From: Tetramitus jugosus
Taxonomy: Eukaryota; Protista; Heterolobosea
Assembly: GCA_937625935.1 (NCBI GenBank)
Contig: OW569365.1
Coordinates: forward strand, 186,001-250,000
Length of the DNA: 64,000 bases
Direction of reading: 5' to 3'
A program made the translations under genes and the position numbers. The notes below the pieces were generated by a model, which saw only the letters and a program-made list of their open reading frames with translations, made no database searches and was not told where the DNA came from. Positions 25,901 through 38,322 of the stretch are shown here, piece by piece; position 1 is the first letter of the stretch; each line of letters opens with the position of its first letter.

Positions 25901-28900
25901 ATTGTTTCCCCAAACATACAGCTTATTTCTTCTCGAAATAGCAACAGTGAAATTAACTCCTGCGTCAATGAACTTGACAGGTTCACCGTAAGAGAGAGGA
26001 AACGATGTTCTTGCGATAGTTGATTTACTAAGATAGTAATCGTCTCCCAATTGACCATTGTCGTTACTTCCAATCGAATAGACCTCACCATACAACCAAA
26101 TATTACAATCGGCGCCAGTGTAACCCATCGAGCAAACACAGGCATCATTAGACACGCAAACACCAACACCCGAGCAGACAGAAGGATCGGTAGAATTAAC
26201 TCCATAACATGTAGTTCGACTACAATCTTCCCCAGAGAACTCTGGCGGACAAACACAGGTATCGGTAGCAACACAAGTACCCCTACCCGAACATACATAT
26301 GGATCATCAGAGAAGAGTCCATAACAATAGGTTCCATTAAGTAACAAGAGGGAATGTTGAGCACCAGCAGCCACCGCAACGATAGACCTGTTAGTGTATG
26401 AGAGCGTAACAGGATTTGCATAAAGTGTAAGCATAGGTTGCGGAGCAATGACTGGAGATGTAATGCCATTCACCAATTGATAAGTACTACCAAGTCCCCA
26501 GCCATAACCATCACCGTTCAAATCTCCTGCAATCACGAAATCACTGACTCCAAACCTATTCGATGATATTACGCTGAGAGATGGTTGATTATTCAAATTT
26601 ATCGGAGTGGAAGCCTGCAACATTGTTGAATTAATTCCTAACTGGTAATTATTATTGCGTCCCCAAGCAAACACAGTATTGTTACTACTGACTACATAAG
26701 AAGACGATGTTCCAGCAAATATTGTTTTGATTGGTACTCTGTAAATTGGTGCTTGGATAATCATTTTTGGATAACGACTCAAGTTCGAACTTCTCACAAT
26801 GCCATCGCCAATCTGTCCGTTGTTATTACTTCCCCACACATACACCTCACCCATTGAGCTGAGCGCCATACTGTGATACGATCCAGCAGCAATTGAAACA
26901 ATCTTAACCCCACTAAGAGTTCCTCCTGTAACCAAAGAATAAGCTACACGCACCGGGGAATACTGTTGCTTATTTGCTCCAGAATCACCATTTCCCAATT
27001 GGCCATAAGTATTGTCGCCCCAGGCCCAGACTTCACCATTGACTGTCAACAGTAAACAATGGTACACTCCGCAAGACACTGAAATGGCAACTCCAGAAAA
27101 CCCGATCACTTGTCTTGGTGTAGCACTATAATAGTAAGAAGGACCTAAGCCTAAATAACCAAGGATGGTTGGATTTGGTCCCACATCACAAAATCGAGGA
27201 TCGGTAGGTATACAACATGTAGTTTCTGTGCACTCCTCTAAGAAGACACTGCTAAAGTAATAGCAACATAATCGTGTTCTATAATTAAAAGATGTGACGC
27301 CATTGAAGGTGTTGTCGCCCCACGAAAAAACTCTTCCATCGGTGGTGACTGCAACGGCATGATACTGGGCTGCAGACGCCGAAATAAAGGTCTTGTCAGT
27401 CATGAGTTGCATGGGTTTGATTCTGGTAGTTTTAGTTCCATCTCCTAGGTTGTAATTCGCATTCGAACCCCAGGTGAACAACTCCCCACTGGTGGAGATC
27501 GCCAACGAAAAATCAACTCCCGCAGAGATGTACCTCATGTATTCATTTGTTGATAGGGGCAATGCGGTCATCACGAGAACTGAACGATCTATCTGTAAAT
27601 CGTCTCCAAGTTGACCCAGCGTATTTTTACCCGTACCATAGATGTACCCCATGACTGTTACCTCGCAATTACTTCCAGAATATTGACCATTAGTACACGA
27701 GCATACATCTTGTGCAATACAAGCTCCACGTCCCGAACAAACATTCGATTGATTTGAGAACACTCCATAACAGGAGGTTATTGAGCACTCTGTGCCAAAG
27801 TATCCCGCGTCACATTCACATTGATCATTATCAACACATCTGCCTCTCCAGGAACAGACCCTTGGATCTTGCGCTAACTTTCCAAAGCATACTATTCCAT
27901 CCAATAGGAACACTGAATGAGTGTATCCTGTCCCGACACCTACTAGGTATGTCGATGGATAATTCTTGTTCATCAGTTGAGGTACTGGTTCAGGCCTATT
28001 AACTGCTGTGTCGTCTCCTAATTGTGCATTGTCGTTTATTCCCCAAGCATACCCAGCTCCAGTCGAATTGACAGCAATGATCCAATTATATGTCCTACTA
28101 CCGTACACTGCTTCAATTCGACTTCCTCCCAGATTTTTGACCATACCAGGCAGTGTACGGGACGATCCAGCTGAAGCATCACCGAGCAATCCATTTGTGT
28201 TACTGCCCCACGAGTACACCTTACCCTCATTTGTTACTGCATAGGAACTTTGCATGGAACCAGCAATCTGAACAATCAACTCTTGGGTAATGGCACCAGT
28301 GGTTAGAACAGGAACATTCTTATCAGTTGTTGTTGTGTCAGCTAGCTGGCCCATATTATTTCTTCCCCAAGAGTACACTTCTCCGTATATTCCTAGAGCA
28401 AGCGAGTGAGAATCACCTGCGGCCACCTGAGCAATATTTTTTAGACCCAAGACTTTTTGTCCAGTCCATGAATTGGAAGTTGACCCAAATCCCAGTTGAC
28501 CATATGCTCCATAACCAAACGAGTATACATTGCCTTGTGTTGTGAGAATCAATGAATGATAACCTCCACAAGCCACAGATTTTGGTATATCGCCAACATC
28601 AAATCCAGTGATAGTGGATTTCGTAGTGGACGTACCAGTATTGACTACATATGATCCCCAAGCGATCACAGCACCAGATCGCGTTACGGCTACAACTCTC
28701 GCAACACCAGCACAGCAATCGAGAACATTGCTTAAAGCAACTCGAGGACGATCGTTGGAGTTGGTTGAACCATCTCCCAGTTGGCCATTTGCGTTATTTC
28801 CCCAAGTATACAAATCGCCTGTTGTTGACAACGCGATGGAGAAATATGAACCTCCATCTACTTTGGCAGCCACAACCCCTGACATAATACCTCCAGTTAA

Positions 28901-31900
28901 CAAAGGAATAATTGAGTATCCAATTGCAGGTACATCATCATTCGCTAATACACCATAATCGCCTCTACCAATGGAATAGGTAATACCTCGTACAGTCTTC
29001 TCACAATTAGAGCCCGAATAGCCTGGATCACACAGGCACACATCAAGACCAGCACATATACCCCTACCAGAACAAACACTGGAATTAGCTCTAGAAAAAC
29101 CGTTGCATTCAAAATAATCACAATTCACTCCACTGTAACCGTTTTCACACACACACTGATCAAAACTTGTGCAATTGCCATGATATGAACAAACAGAAGG
29201 TTCGTCAGCCAACACTCCAAAACATGACTTTGTTATGCTGTATACAACTAATGTGTGATAACATCCAACAGAAATACTTTCCACTTCTCGCGCAGGGAAA
29301 TAAATGTGATACTTATTGGGTGCATTTCTTTGAATATTTGTTCCATCACCCAGTTGACCATTTACGTTATTTCCCCACACAAAAGCGATTGAATCAGATA
29401 CGGCACCCACTTGGGTTCCACTATCACACATACCCACATAGACCTGAGCTACTTGGCGACTCGCCAAGGGAGTAATTACTTGCTGATACGTATTTTTCTG
29501 AGCCACAGAGCCAATTCCAAGTTGACCGTACGAATTGCTTCCGGCTGCATAAAGAGAATGATTTGAAATCACATAGGATGAGTAAATACCGGCAGCGATA
29601 CCAGTCACTTGTGTCGAACCTAATCCAGTCGTTAACGCAATAGCACGATATGCATGAGTGGTGGTGCCATCTGCCAACTGCCCATATGTGTTTTCTCCCC
29701 ATCTGTAAACTGTACCATCATCTGCAATCGCCATCGTAAATGAACTTCCCGCCGCAATCTCTGCAACCTTTCGTTTGTACAGTAATCCTGTCAATAGGAC
29801 TGTTTGTGGTAAATATTTTGAGGTGGAAGTACCGTCGCCCAATTGGCCAAAATAGTTGTAGCCCCATGCGAGGATGGTGCCATTCTTGATCATTGCTACA
29901 CTATGATACATTCCACAAGCAACAGCAACCACTCTTTCATTTGTGAGAGCGCCTCCGATTTGAATCGGCGTCGATACTTGAGTAGTGTCGCCAGTTCCCA
30001 ATTGACCATAAGAATTGTCACCAAATGACCATACACCACCCACGTTATCGACAACCAACGAATGACGATAACCAGCACACATGGAAACAACTTGTCCATT
30101 GAAGGTACCCTGAACCATGACGGGACTGGCTCTATTTGTCTTTGTTCCATCGCCCAACTGTCCAAAATTGTTCAACCCTACGGAATAAAGCATCCCACTG
30201 GACAACAATATCAGAGAATAGTACACTCCCGAGGCAGCAGAGTTAATAATTGATCCCGTAAATGCGGAAGACACAATAGGAATCATCCTTGACACTGAGC
30301 TCTTTCCTAAATTATCGGCCAATTGACCATAGCTATTATCGCCTGAAGCATACAAGAAGCCTTCATCTTTGGACTCACAATTTTGTCCTGAATATCCTTG
30401 ATAACACACACAAGTATTTATCGTTAAGCACTGCCCATGGCCCGAACAAACGACTGGATCAGATGAATTCAATCCAGAACATATGGGCAAGCTACAATCT
30501 GCTCCAGTGTATCCTTCGCGACATTCGCAAACATCATTTGCAGTGCAATTGCCATGTTTCGAGCATACCAATGAATCAGTCTTAAAAATTGAGAAACAAA
30601 TGGTTGAATCAATCAAATACACTGAATGATAGGAACCTGGGGCGACTTTGACGATAACACTGGAGGAGAAGGGTGTTCCGATACTCTGACGCACGGCATA
30701 GTTTGTTCCTGTAGCACCAATTCCGAATTGACCGTACGAGTTATAACCCCAACCATAGACAGAATCATCTGAGGCCACAGCGTAGACATTGTCAGCAGAA
30801 AATTCTGAAAAAATGGACTTGACGGTGACATCCATCATAAGGGCCACTAGTACTGGAGAGACCGCCTTTGCACCTGCTGTTGAATTACCTAGCTCGCCAT
30901 TGGCATTGTTTCCCCACGCCATTATGGAACCATCGGCAAGCACTGCAAACGTTGCTCTTCTCGAAGCAGCGATTTTTCGAACTGGAGTGACAGATGAAAC
31001 CAGATAGGGAGATGCTTGAGTTGCAGTGAATGGATTACCATCTCCAATTTGGCCCCAATCACTCGCACCCCAAGTGAATATTTTGCCCTTGGTATCCATT
31101 CCAGCACTATGAACCTCTCCCAGGGCCATATCGGTCCAGAGAACCATTGCTCCACCACTCATACTGAAAACTTGTTGTGGAGTGGGACTCGATGAAGCAG
31201 AACCACCAAGTCCCAATTGACCATACCAGTTTCCTCCCCATGAAAACAAAGAATTTGTTGAGGTTAAAGCCATTGAATGATATTTACCACAGCGCACTTT
31301 GATAATTCCCTGCATTTCTGCAGGACCATTCACTTTTGTAGGAGAATAATAACTGGTACCGGGAGGCACACCCAACCATCCACCGGTTGTTCTTCCTAAC
31401 TCATCGCTGACAGTGTTTGTCCCCCAAGCATAAACATTTCCATCAGAATCGGCAGCTAATCCATGGAACATGCATGCTGCAATAGATACAATTCGCTTAT
31501 TTTGTATGTCTCCTCTCAATAACGAGGGTATTGCTTGAGATGCAGATGTAGCACCTAGACCTAATTGACCATACTGGTTTTGACCCCATGCAAATACTTC
31601 ACCTTTTGTTGTTAGAGCTAATGAAAACGTATCACCAGAAGACACAGATTCTACTCTCATCAATCCAAGATAGTCTCCTACACGAATCATAGTTGTGTAT
31701 GAGGCAGCAGTGACTGGCTCACCTAATTGTCGATAAGTGTTACTACCAGCAGAGAAGAGATGCCCTCCTCTCCTCACAGCACAACTAGGTGACTTATAAT
31801 TATCATGACAAACACAAGTATCTGTCGCAATACAGAAACCATGAGACGAACAAACCAGAGGATCCGTTGCCAAAACACCATCACAAGTCACTTGCGAGTA

Positions 31901-32111
31901 AACTACAAATCACAAAATAAACTGTTGGTAAGAGATATGACTCTACGAGTGGCATCATGAACAAAATCCTATTCAGCATACCATATGTTACATTGCACAA
32001 CAACACAAGAACTGTGATACACATCAACATCGCTGTTGATGTGAGTCTACATGTGCTCATTAGATTAATGACTGCCCTTCTCTTCTTCGCGTTATTGACG
32101 AGGTGCTTCAT
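10994..32111 (-). CDS. Giant (~7000 aa) type I membrane protein: 11 RCC1/BLIP-II propeller modules separated by EGF pairs, ~30 tandem EGF-like repeats, TM helix, short tail; signal-peptide exon with intron 31903-31981
   Basis: 6965-codon ORF; WGxNxxGQLG repeats; CFGxxxxDPxVCSGxGxC EGF units; TM VVVAISSVAASLFFLMFIAAIIPMILFVFW; GTATGC..TAG intron joins a hydrophobic leader in frame. Confidence 0.9.
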
Positions 32112-32537
32112 CCTTTACTTGGCTTTTGAGCACTTTTTGACAATCACACGCTTGAATCTAACTGTTGTTCAAGAAGATTTGTTTGTGAGAGTTCAAAGTA
32201 GTAAGATATAGCAAATAGCTACAGCCTTTTTGCACGCACGCGAGTTAGTCTCAGGCTACCCTATCAAGTCACCTGCAAACACACATTTGGACACTGTAAA
32301 GAAGCGGAGAAAATGGAGTCCCCTTTTCAGTATACGGTTTCTCGCTCGTGAGAAATCTCGATATTAGCTTTACGACTCCGGATCTGTTCACAATGTTGGA
32401 ATCTCCAGTCAATCATTCACCTTGCTTTACTAATCCTGAGATTGTTGCTTGAAATGTTGCTCGGGGAAAAGGCGCCAAAATTTTGCTTTTGGGCTCCAAC
32501 AAAAAACGAAGCTTACTTCTTTGAACAACAAACAAAA

Positions 32538-32839
32538 ATGGTTAATGCGGTGAAAACTGTCCTGTTGGAGTGTGATCCTGCCATTCACGAGTTCGTGCTG
32601 TATCTGAACGCAACCAATCACAAAAAGTTTGGTAAGTGAATGAAATTTATGCTAATGGTGATGATGTTTCTCGTATGACCTGACCTGACCTGGTTGTTAC
32701 TCACACACAATTGATTCTCTTGATAGTTGTTGAAGATTTGGATGGTACTCACTTGTTGGTCGATGCTTCTGTCAGTGATTTCTTACAGAAGAAGATTGAT
32801 GAGAAACTTGATGAGAATCAATACAAGTATTTGAAGTAA
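32538..32839 (+). CDS. TFB5: TFIIH subunit p8/Tfb5; 2 exons, intron 32632-32726
   Basis: Spliced product MVNAVKTVLLECDPAIHEFVLYLNATNHKKFVVEDLDGTHLLVDASVSDFLQKKIDEKLDENQYKYLK; exon 2 is missed by the ORF track. Confidence 0.92.
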
Positions 32840-33028
32840 CAACAAAATCACGGATGGACTTCAACCGGTTGATTCGATGATTCTTATCGAAAGAAGAAAC
32901 AAGTGGTTCATGAACATTGAAATGTTGTTTTCTGATGTGTGTTACAATACAAATAAAATGACAATGGAGACTCCCCATGTTTTTTTCTTGATAGTGTTTC
33001 ATGTACTTGGTTTCAAATAATGACAGTT

Positions 33029-34561
33029 TCACTTACGAGCACTCAAGTCCAGGTTGGTGTTAATCATGGGAGGTTGCTTTGTTTGGTAGACCAAGCAAGT
33101 AGCAACAATCACATTTAAAATGGCCACAGATACGATGCCGACACCAATCATGAGCCACACAATCCCCAAAGGCTTAATGTCTTCCTTTGGCTTGCAGAAC
33201 TGATCGATGAAAAAGTGCTCATCCGTTCCATAGGGCAGTGTGAACTTTGGTGAGACCTTGTGCTGATTAATCAAACAACAATAGTAGGGTTCTATCGTTT
33301 GAGCGCATTTTTTGAAGGGACATGCTGCTGAATCGAACATGACTCGCGTCAGTGTCTCTGTTGTATAAGGAAAATCGCTGTCGGATCCACCGTAGCACTT
33401 GTCCACGACACAGGCACGAATATTAGCGACATCAGCATTTGTAAACTTGCATCCTTGTTCATAGATGGCACAAGTTCCTTCAGCATCCGGATTATCTGCC
33501 TTGCAATTACAATACGATGTCAAGTACTGATGCGTCGCACCAGAGAAACAATTGTTGGATGAATCAGAACACGAGTGCTTCTTCTGACATGTAGACGACG
33601 TAATGTTGCACGACAATCCAAATCCACACACCTCTCTATTCTGAATCTTGAAATAGGGATCAAATTCACATGATTCCTTCTCCTTGAGTGCCACCAAATT
33701 GCTCTGACAAGTAAATTTTCGCCCAATGTCAAACACATCGCTTGGACAATAAAATGGCAATTTGCACGTCGGTGCACCATAACCAAACGAGTTGCACTCT
33801 GATTTGACATCGGCTCTCTGTTGACATGTGCCTTGACCCGTAGATCCTACACCACGCGTCACACATGTTAAATCACGACGACAACTACCGACAGAAGGAT
33901 CCTTGGTGACTTGAGATCCATCGTCCAATGTCTGACAAGACTCACCCAGTGTGTTTCTATGTTGACACGTCAGATCACGTGAACAGTACATGGAGACACC
34001 ACACTCGTTGCTGTTCAAGTAGCGTTGACAACTAGAGTTCAATGGTTTGTTGATGCACTTGTTGGTCCTACTACTACTAGTACTACTTGTAGAGCAAACA
34101 CCGAATTGACATTGACTATTGGAGGTGCAATCGTCACCAATGAACCGAGCTCTCGTGCAATACAGTGTTTGATTGATGGTGATGGGAGTGAGACCATGAG
34201 AGTAACATGTGCTTGGATCAGAGACGATGCGATGGAGAGAAGTAGCAGCAGTTGTTGATGATGATGATGGAAGCAAAGAGAGGAGATCATTCCATTGAGT
34301 GCACGTGTGATCAATGCAATCTAGAAAGGGAGCACAGTGTTGATTGAGTGCTGGTGAACAGGATTCGTTTTGATAGCGGAGTTGAAATGGAGAACATGTC
34401 GTTGTTGTTGTTTTTGCTATGGTGATTGATGCTGTTGATGTGATCATGATGAGAAGGGTGATTGTCATAGAAACATACACAAACATTGTCATTCGTGCTG
34501 GATGATGCATCATCATTGGTATTGGATTTATCGAGTGGGAATGTGCATGATGATGCGTCAT
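33029..34561 (-). CDS. Cysteine-rich single-pass surface protein, unknown function
   Basis: Hydrophobic leader, repeated GxxC..C..C modules, C-terminal TM helix; start codon uncertain. Confidence 0.7.
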   Translation of the reverse strand: MTHHHAHSHSINPIPMMMHHPARMTMFVYVSMTITLLIMITSTASITIAKTTTTTCSPFQLRYQNESCSPALNQHCAPFLDCIDHTCTQWNDLLSLLPSSSSTTAATSLHRIVSDPSTCYSHGLTPITINQTLYCTRARFIGDDCTSNSQCQFGVCSTSSTSSSRTNKCINKPLNSSCQRYLNSNECGVSMYCSRDLTCQHRNTLGESCQTLDDGSQVTKDPSVGSCRRDLTCVTRGVGSTGQGTCQQRADVKSECNSFGYGAPTCKLPFYCPSDVFDIGRKFTCQSNLVALKEKESCEFDPYFKIQNREVCGFGLSCNITSSTCQKKHSCSDSSNNCFSGATHQYLTSYCNCKADNPDAEGTCAIYEQGCKFTNADVANIRACVVDKCYGGSDSDFPYTTETLTRVMFDSAACPFKKCAQTIEPYYCCLINQHKVSPKFTLPYGTDEHFFIDQFCKPKEDIKPLGIVWLMIGVGIVSVAILNVIVATCLVYQTKQPPMINTNLDLSARK

Positions 34562-34701
34562 GTGCGTTTGTTTTTTTTGTTGCTTGTTTTGTTGCTTGTA
34601 GGGAAAATGGTTTTTATATCTTAAACTGATACCAAAATGTGTCCGTGTGTAGTGAGTATTGCTTGGCAATATTGTATGTGTGTGTGTGCTTGTACAAACA
34701 A

Positions 34702-36045
34702 TTACACTTCTCCTTGTTGCTTTGCAATATCACTGCTGCCTTTTTGATGCAGTCCACCATTCTGACTCGAATTACTCTTTTCGTTGTCCTCTCTGGCAAT
34801 CTGATTCACATAGTTGTGAATGGCCTCTGTACTCACATTCATGCCATCAACGTACTCTGATGATTCTTGGCCAATCATTTGCTGTTGCTGTTGCAGCACA
34901 GTTGACAAGAGAACCGTAGCGACAGTGTTCTTCTTCCACGAGTTCACATCAAAGAATTCACCGGTTGATTCCTTGACCCACAGTTGTTGTTCTCTGATCC
35001 ATGTCCAACCACGCTTTTGCAGCTCTCGTGCCGCAATCATTTGCATGGCGTCTCTTGGCATTGAATAAAACATGTAAAACAGTGTGTCGTCCTTGAAGTG
35101 AGACAAGTGATCTTCCTTGACTTCCATTTGACCATGTGTCTTGTAGCATGATGGCACAGAGAACTCTGGCTGTATGAATGATCTCTGTTCGCTCCAGGGC
35201 GATGAAAAACTTGTGTACAGATATTCTCGCGAGTTTAGATTGAGGCCGAGTGTTGTCAGATCGGGTCCCAACTGCAGAATACACATCTCTGGATCTTGCA
35301 TGTGAATGAGAGGCAGCAGACCCATGAGTCCATACTTTGATGTGACTCGTGATGCAGGAGCAGAGGACGATGACGTGACAGATGATGAACTGGCAGAGAG
35401 AGGTGTCGTTGCACCGCCTATCGAACCTGACATTCCCATCAATGATGATTGCTGTTGTTGTGGCAAGCCAAGCGACGATGGCATCATTGCATTCAATCCA
35501 GCACCCTGCTGTTGTTGTTGTTGTTGTTGTTTCTGCATCAACTGCTGTTGCTGCTGCTGCGATGATTGTTGCATGGTGGCCATTGGATTCATTGATGATG
35601 ACATGGCAGATCCTCCTACAACACCACCCATTGACATTTGTTGCTGTTTGTTGAGCATGGAGAGAATATTGTCAGATGGTCGATACGAAGGCGGTATCGT
35701 TCCTGCTCCACCACCAATCGATGAAGACGACAATTGATTCAATGATGATGCGGATGATAGTGATGCTCCACCACCAATCGATGAAGATCCTATTCCTGTT
35801 GAGCTAGGTGGTCGATTAGGTATTGCACCACCGCCGTACACTTGCTGTTGAAACTGTTGTTGTTGTTGCTGTTGTTGCTGCTGTTGTTGTTGTTGTTGCA
35901 ACATGAATGACTGCTGTTGTTGCATGAGCAATTGATGTTGTTGTTGAGAAGTGAGTTGAGAGGGGTGAATGTTTTGATTGGATCCTGGTGTGGATGCATT
36001 GGCTGATCCAAAATTTTGTGAGCCAAAATTTTGCATAAAATTCAT
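34702..36045 (-). CDS. NOT2: CCR4-NOT subunit NOT2 (polyQ N-terminus plus NOT box)
   Basis: KYGLMGLL..LGPDLTTLGLNLNS..LYTSFSSPW..PSCY..DDTLFYMFYSMPRDAMQMIAARELQKRGW. Confidence 0.9.
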   Translation of the reverse strand: MNFMQNFGSQNFGSANASTPGSNQNIHPSQLTSQQQHQLLMQQQQSFMLQQQQQQQQQQQQQQQFQQQVYGGGAIPNRPPSSTGIGSSSIGGGASLSSASSLNQLSSSSIGGGAGTIPPSYRPSDNILSMLNKQQQMSMGGVVGGSAMSSSMNPMATMQQSSQQQQQQLMQKQQQQQQQQGAGLNAMMPSSLGLPQQQQSSLMGMSGSIGGATTPLSASSSSVTSSSSAPASRVTSKYGLMGLLPLIHMQDPEMCILQLGPDLTTLGLNLNSREYLYTSFSSPWSEQRSFIQPEFSVPSCYKTHGQMEVKEDHLSHFKDDTLFYMFYSMPRDAMQMIAARELQKRGWTWIREQQLWVKESTGEFFDVNSWKKNTVATVLLSTVLQQQQQMIGQESSEYVDGMNVSTEAIHNYVNQIAREDNEKSNSSQNGGLHQKGSSDIAKQQGEV

Positions 36046-36463
36046 GATGATTAATAATGCCGCGCAGAATGTGTGAGAGCTCTCTTTGATGAGTGATGGT
36101 GGTGATGATTGCTTTATGTTACGTATGTTTTTTTTTCTTCTTGCAAAAAAAGACAAAATTCAGTGTATCAAATATTGTGGATAAGATGATAATTGCAAGT
36201 TCGTTTTTACAAATGTCGTCGTTTGAAAATGTGATCACAAAATGGTTGCACTGCCGCTGGTTTGATTGGTAGCTTCACTGTCTGAGGATCAAAAAAGCAA
36301 AGAAATTTTTTGCGTTGTTGTTGTTTTTTGGAGCGTAAAACCAAACAGCACCTTACAAAATAGGCTTTTTAGTCCGATTCATTCTCCGTTCCAAAATCGA
36401 GAAGGAAACCAAATAACCATTTGTTTGTGTGAAATTTACTGTTGTTGTTGTTGTTGTTGCAGA

Positions 36464-37411
36464 ATGTCATCCGGTAGGAAGCGAAAGAGAAGTCATGCTT
36501 CCAAACGAAAATCAAAACTCCAAAAGCTTGCAGAGAAAGAAAGCGAAAACGATCAAGTTCCAAGCTCTCATGATTTGAGCTCAAAAGTGGTTCCATTCTC
36601 AGCTGAGAATGAAACAACAAATGAAAATGAAGAAAGTGTCTCGCTCGAAAATGACAATGATGTGGATTCTCTCGTACCGAAATCTGTTCAAAAGTTTTAC
36701 AACATGAGGCTTCGATTGTGGAGTAAATTTGACCAAGGAATTCAAATGGACGAAACAGCATACTACAGTGTGACACCAGAGAAGATTGCAATTCATTTGG
36801 CACAGAGAATTTGTCAGAATGCAAGAATTGTTGTGGTTGATGGATTTGCTGGAGTCGCTGGTAATTCTATCCAGTTTGCATTGCAACCGAATTGTGCTCA
36901 CGTGTTTGCAGTGGAGCTAGACAAGAATCGATGTCGCATGGCACAGCACAATGCTTCCGTGTACGGTGCTCAGGACAAGATTACATTTTTGAATCAAGAT
37001 TTTATGCATGCGATGCAGTTTACTCTACCAGCTTTAATACGGTCGATACAGAAGCAAGAACCTGGTTTGGAGGTGGTTGTTTTCTTGGCTCCACCGTATG
37101 GTGGTACTCATGCTACGTTGACCGATGAGTATGACATGAATGAGATGAGTCCAACAGATGCCGCTACACTCGTCCAGATGTGTATCACTCATTTGTCGAG
37201 TCACATTTGCTTCCTGCTGCCAAAGAATGTTACTCACAAACAGATTGGAGAGATTATAACAAAGAGCAATACAGATACTGCGGAGTACGAGGAGAACAAT
37301 GTGAGTGCCAAGTGTAAAACTGTGTCCTTGTATCTGGGCAAACTTTTGGTTCATCCAGATCGGTGCACAGACCAAGTAGAGCTTTCCGATTTGGAATACG
37401 TGGAAAGTTGA
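36464..37411 (+). CDS. TGS1: Trimethylguanosine synthase (RNA cap methyltransferase)
   Basis: RLWSKFDQGIQMD..YSVTPEKIA, VVDGFAGVAGNSIQFA, FLAPPYGG, LLPKN. Confidence 0.9.
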   Translation: MSSGRKRKRSHASKRKSKLQKLAEKESENDQVPSSHDLSSKVVPFSAENETTNENEESVSLENDNDVDSLVPKSVQKFYNMRLRLWSKFDQGIQMDETAYYSVTPEKIAIHLAQRICQNARIVVVDGFAGVAGNSIQFALQPNCAHVFAVELDKNRCRMAQHNASVYGAQDKITFLNQDFMHAMQFTLPALIRSIQKQEPGLEVVVFLAPPYGGTHATLTDEYDMNEMSPTDAATLVQMCITHLSSHICFLLPKNVTHKQIGEIITKSNTDTAEYEENNVSAKCKTVSLYLGKLLVHPDRCTDQVELSDLEYVES

Positions 37412-37557
37412 ATGTGACCACACACTTGCCTTGCTCCGCTTACGCGAGGCGCGGTACTGCTTTGTGGTCCAATTTCGTACACACTCCCGACCAGAGTACC
37501 ACACACTAGGTAAAAACACAGCCAAAGATCATCACGGGATTTCACCTCATCAAGATA

Positions 37558-38247
37558 ATGAACTCATCTTTGATAAATACGAGAGAATGTGAGATGTGGA
37601 GATCTATTCAGAGAAGTTTTGAGAGACAAACACAAGTATCCATTGACGCAGGAAAGATCTATCAAGGAGTCAAGTCTCTTGATACTCTTGGTCGACTAAA
37701 TCTACCTCTATTAAATATTGCATCACCAATAGACCTACAAAGAAACTGTTCTTTGTCAATGGGTGAGAGTCCTCCCTTAATTTCGAGGTCGAGCAATCGA
37801 TCGACAAACTCTGCATCCAACAGTTCAGTAACGAAGAGTCCCCGATTACTACCACTGTCTCCAACTAGCTCGAATGAAGAAAAACATCTACGGAAGCAAA
37901 GGAGGAGGAAGAATCGAAAGACAACAACAGATGACTCAGGGAGTGTGGCTACGATCAACTCGGCAAACAGCAACGCGAGCTCGAGAGACTCTCATAAGAG
38001 ATCAAAGCGAACCAACAAGGAGAAAAACGAAAATGTAGCTCCAACTGAGAACAACAGGGAGTCATGGCCATCGACTTATGAAGATGTTGTCAGCTTATCT
38101 CAATCCTTTGAACCTCCTCACCCTCCAAAGTATCACTATTATGATCGATCACCCATTCGCTCAGTCTTTGAATTGAACAATTACAAGACTTATCCCATCA
38201 TGGAACGAGAATTCCTGGATAACAGACACCTTTCAGTCCTCATGTAA
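37558..38247 (+). CDS. Hypothetical low-complexity protein
   Basis: 229-aa ORF with ATG; Ser/Arg/Lys-rich. Confidence 0.5.
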   Translation: MNSSLINTRECEMWRSIQRSFERQTQVSIDAGKIYQGVKSLDTLGRLNLPLLNIASPIDLQRNCSLSMGESPPLISRSSNRSTNSASNSSVTKSPRLLPLSPTSSNEEKHLRKQRRRKNRKTTTDDSGSVATINSANSNASSRDSHKRSKRTNKEKNENVAPTENNRESWPSTYEDVVSLSQSFEPPHPPKYHYYDRSPIRSVFELNNYKTYPIMEREFLDNRHLSVLM

Positions 38248-38322
38248 TCCCCACGCACTAAACCAAATTAAAAAAAGTTCATCTCTTTGCTCGAACACAA
38301 AGCACCAATTCCACACAACATT

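Noticed and set aside
11061-31158. Many short alternative-frame and antisense ORFs inside the giant gene
   Set aside because: Shadow ORFs with no motifs, as expected within a long coding region.
35500-35950. CAA/CAG microsatellites and a 24-bp direct repeat
   Set aside because: They encode polyQ and SSSIGGGA low-complexity segments of NOT2.
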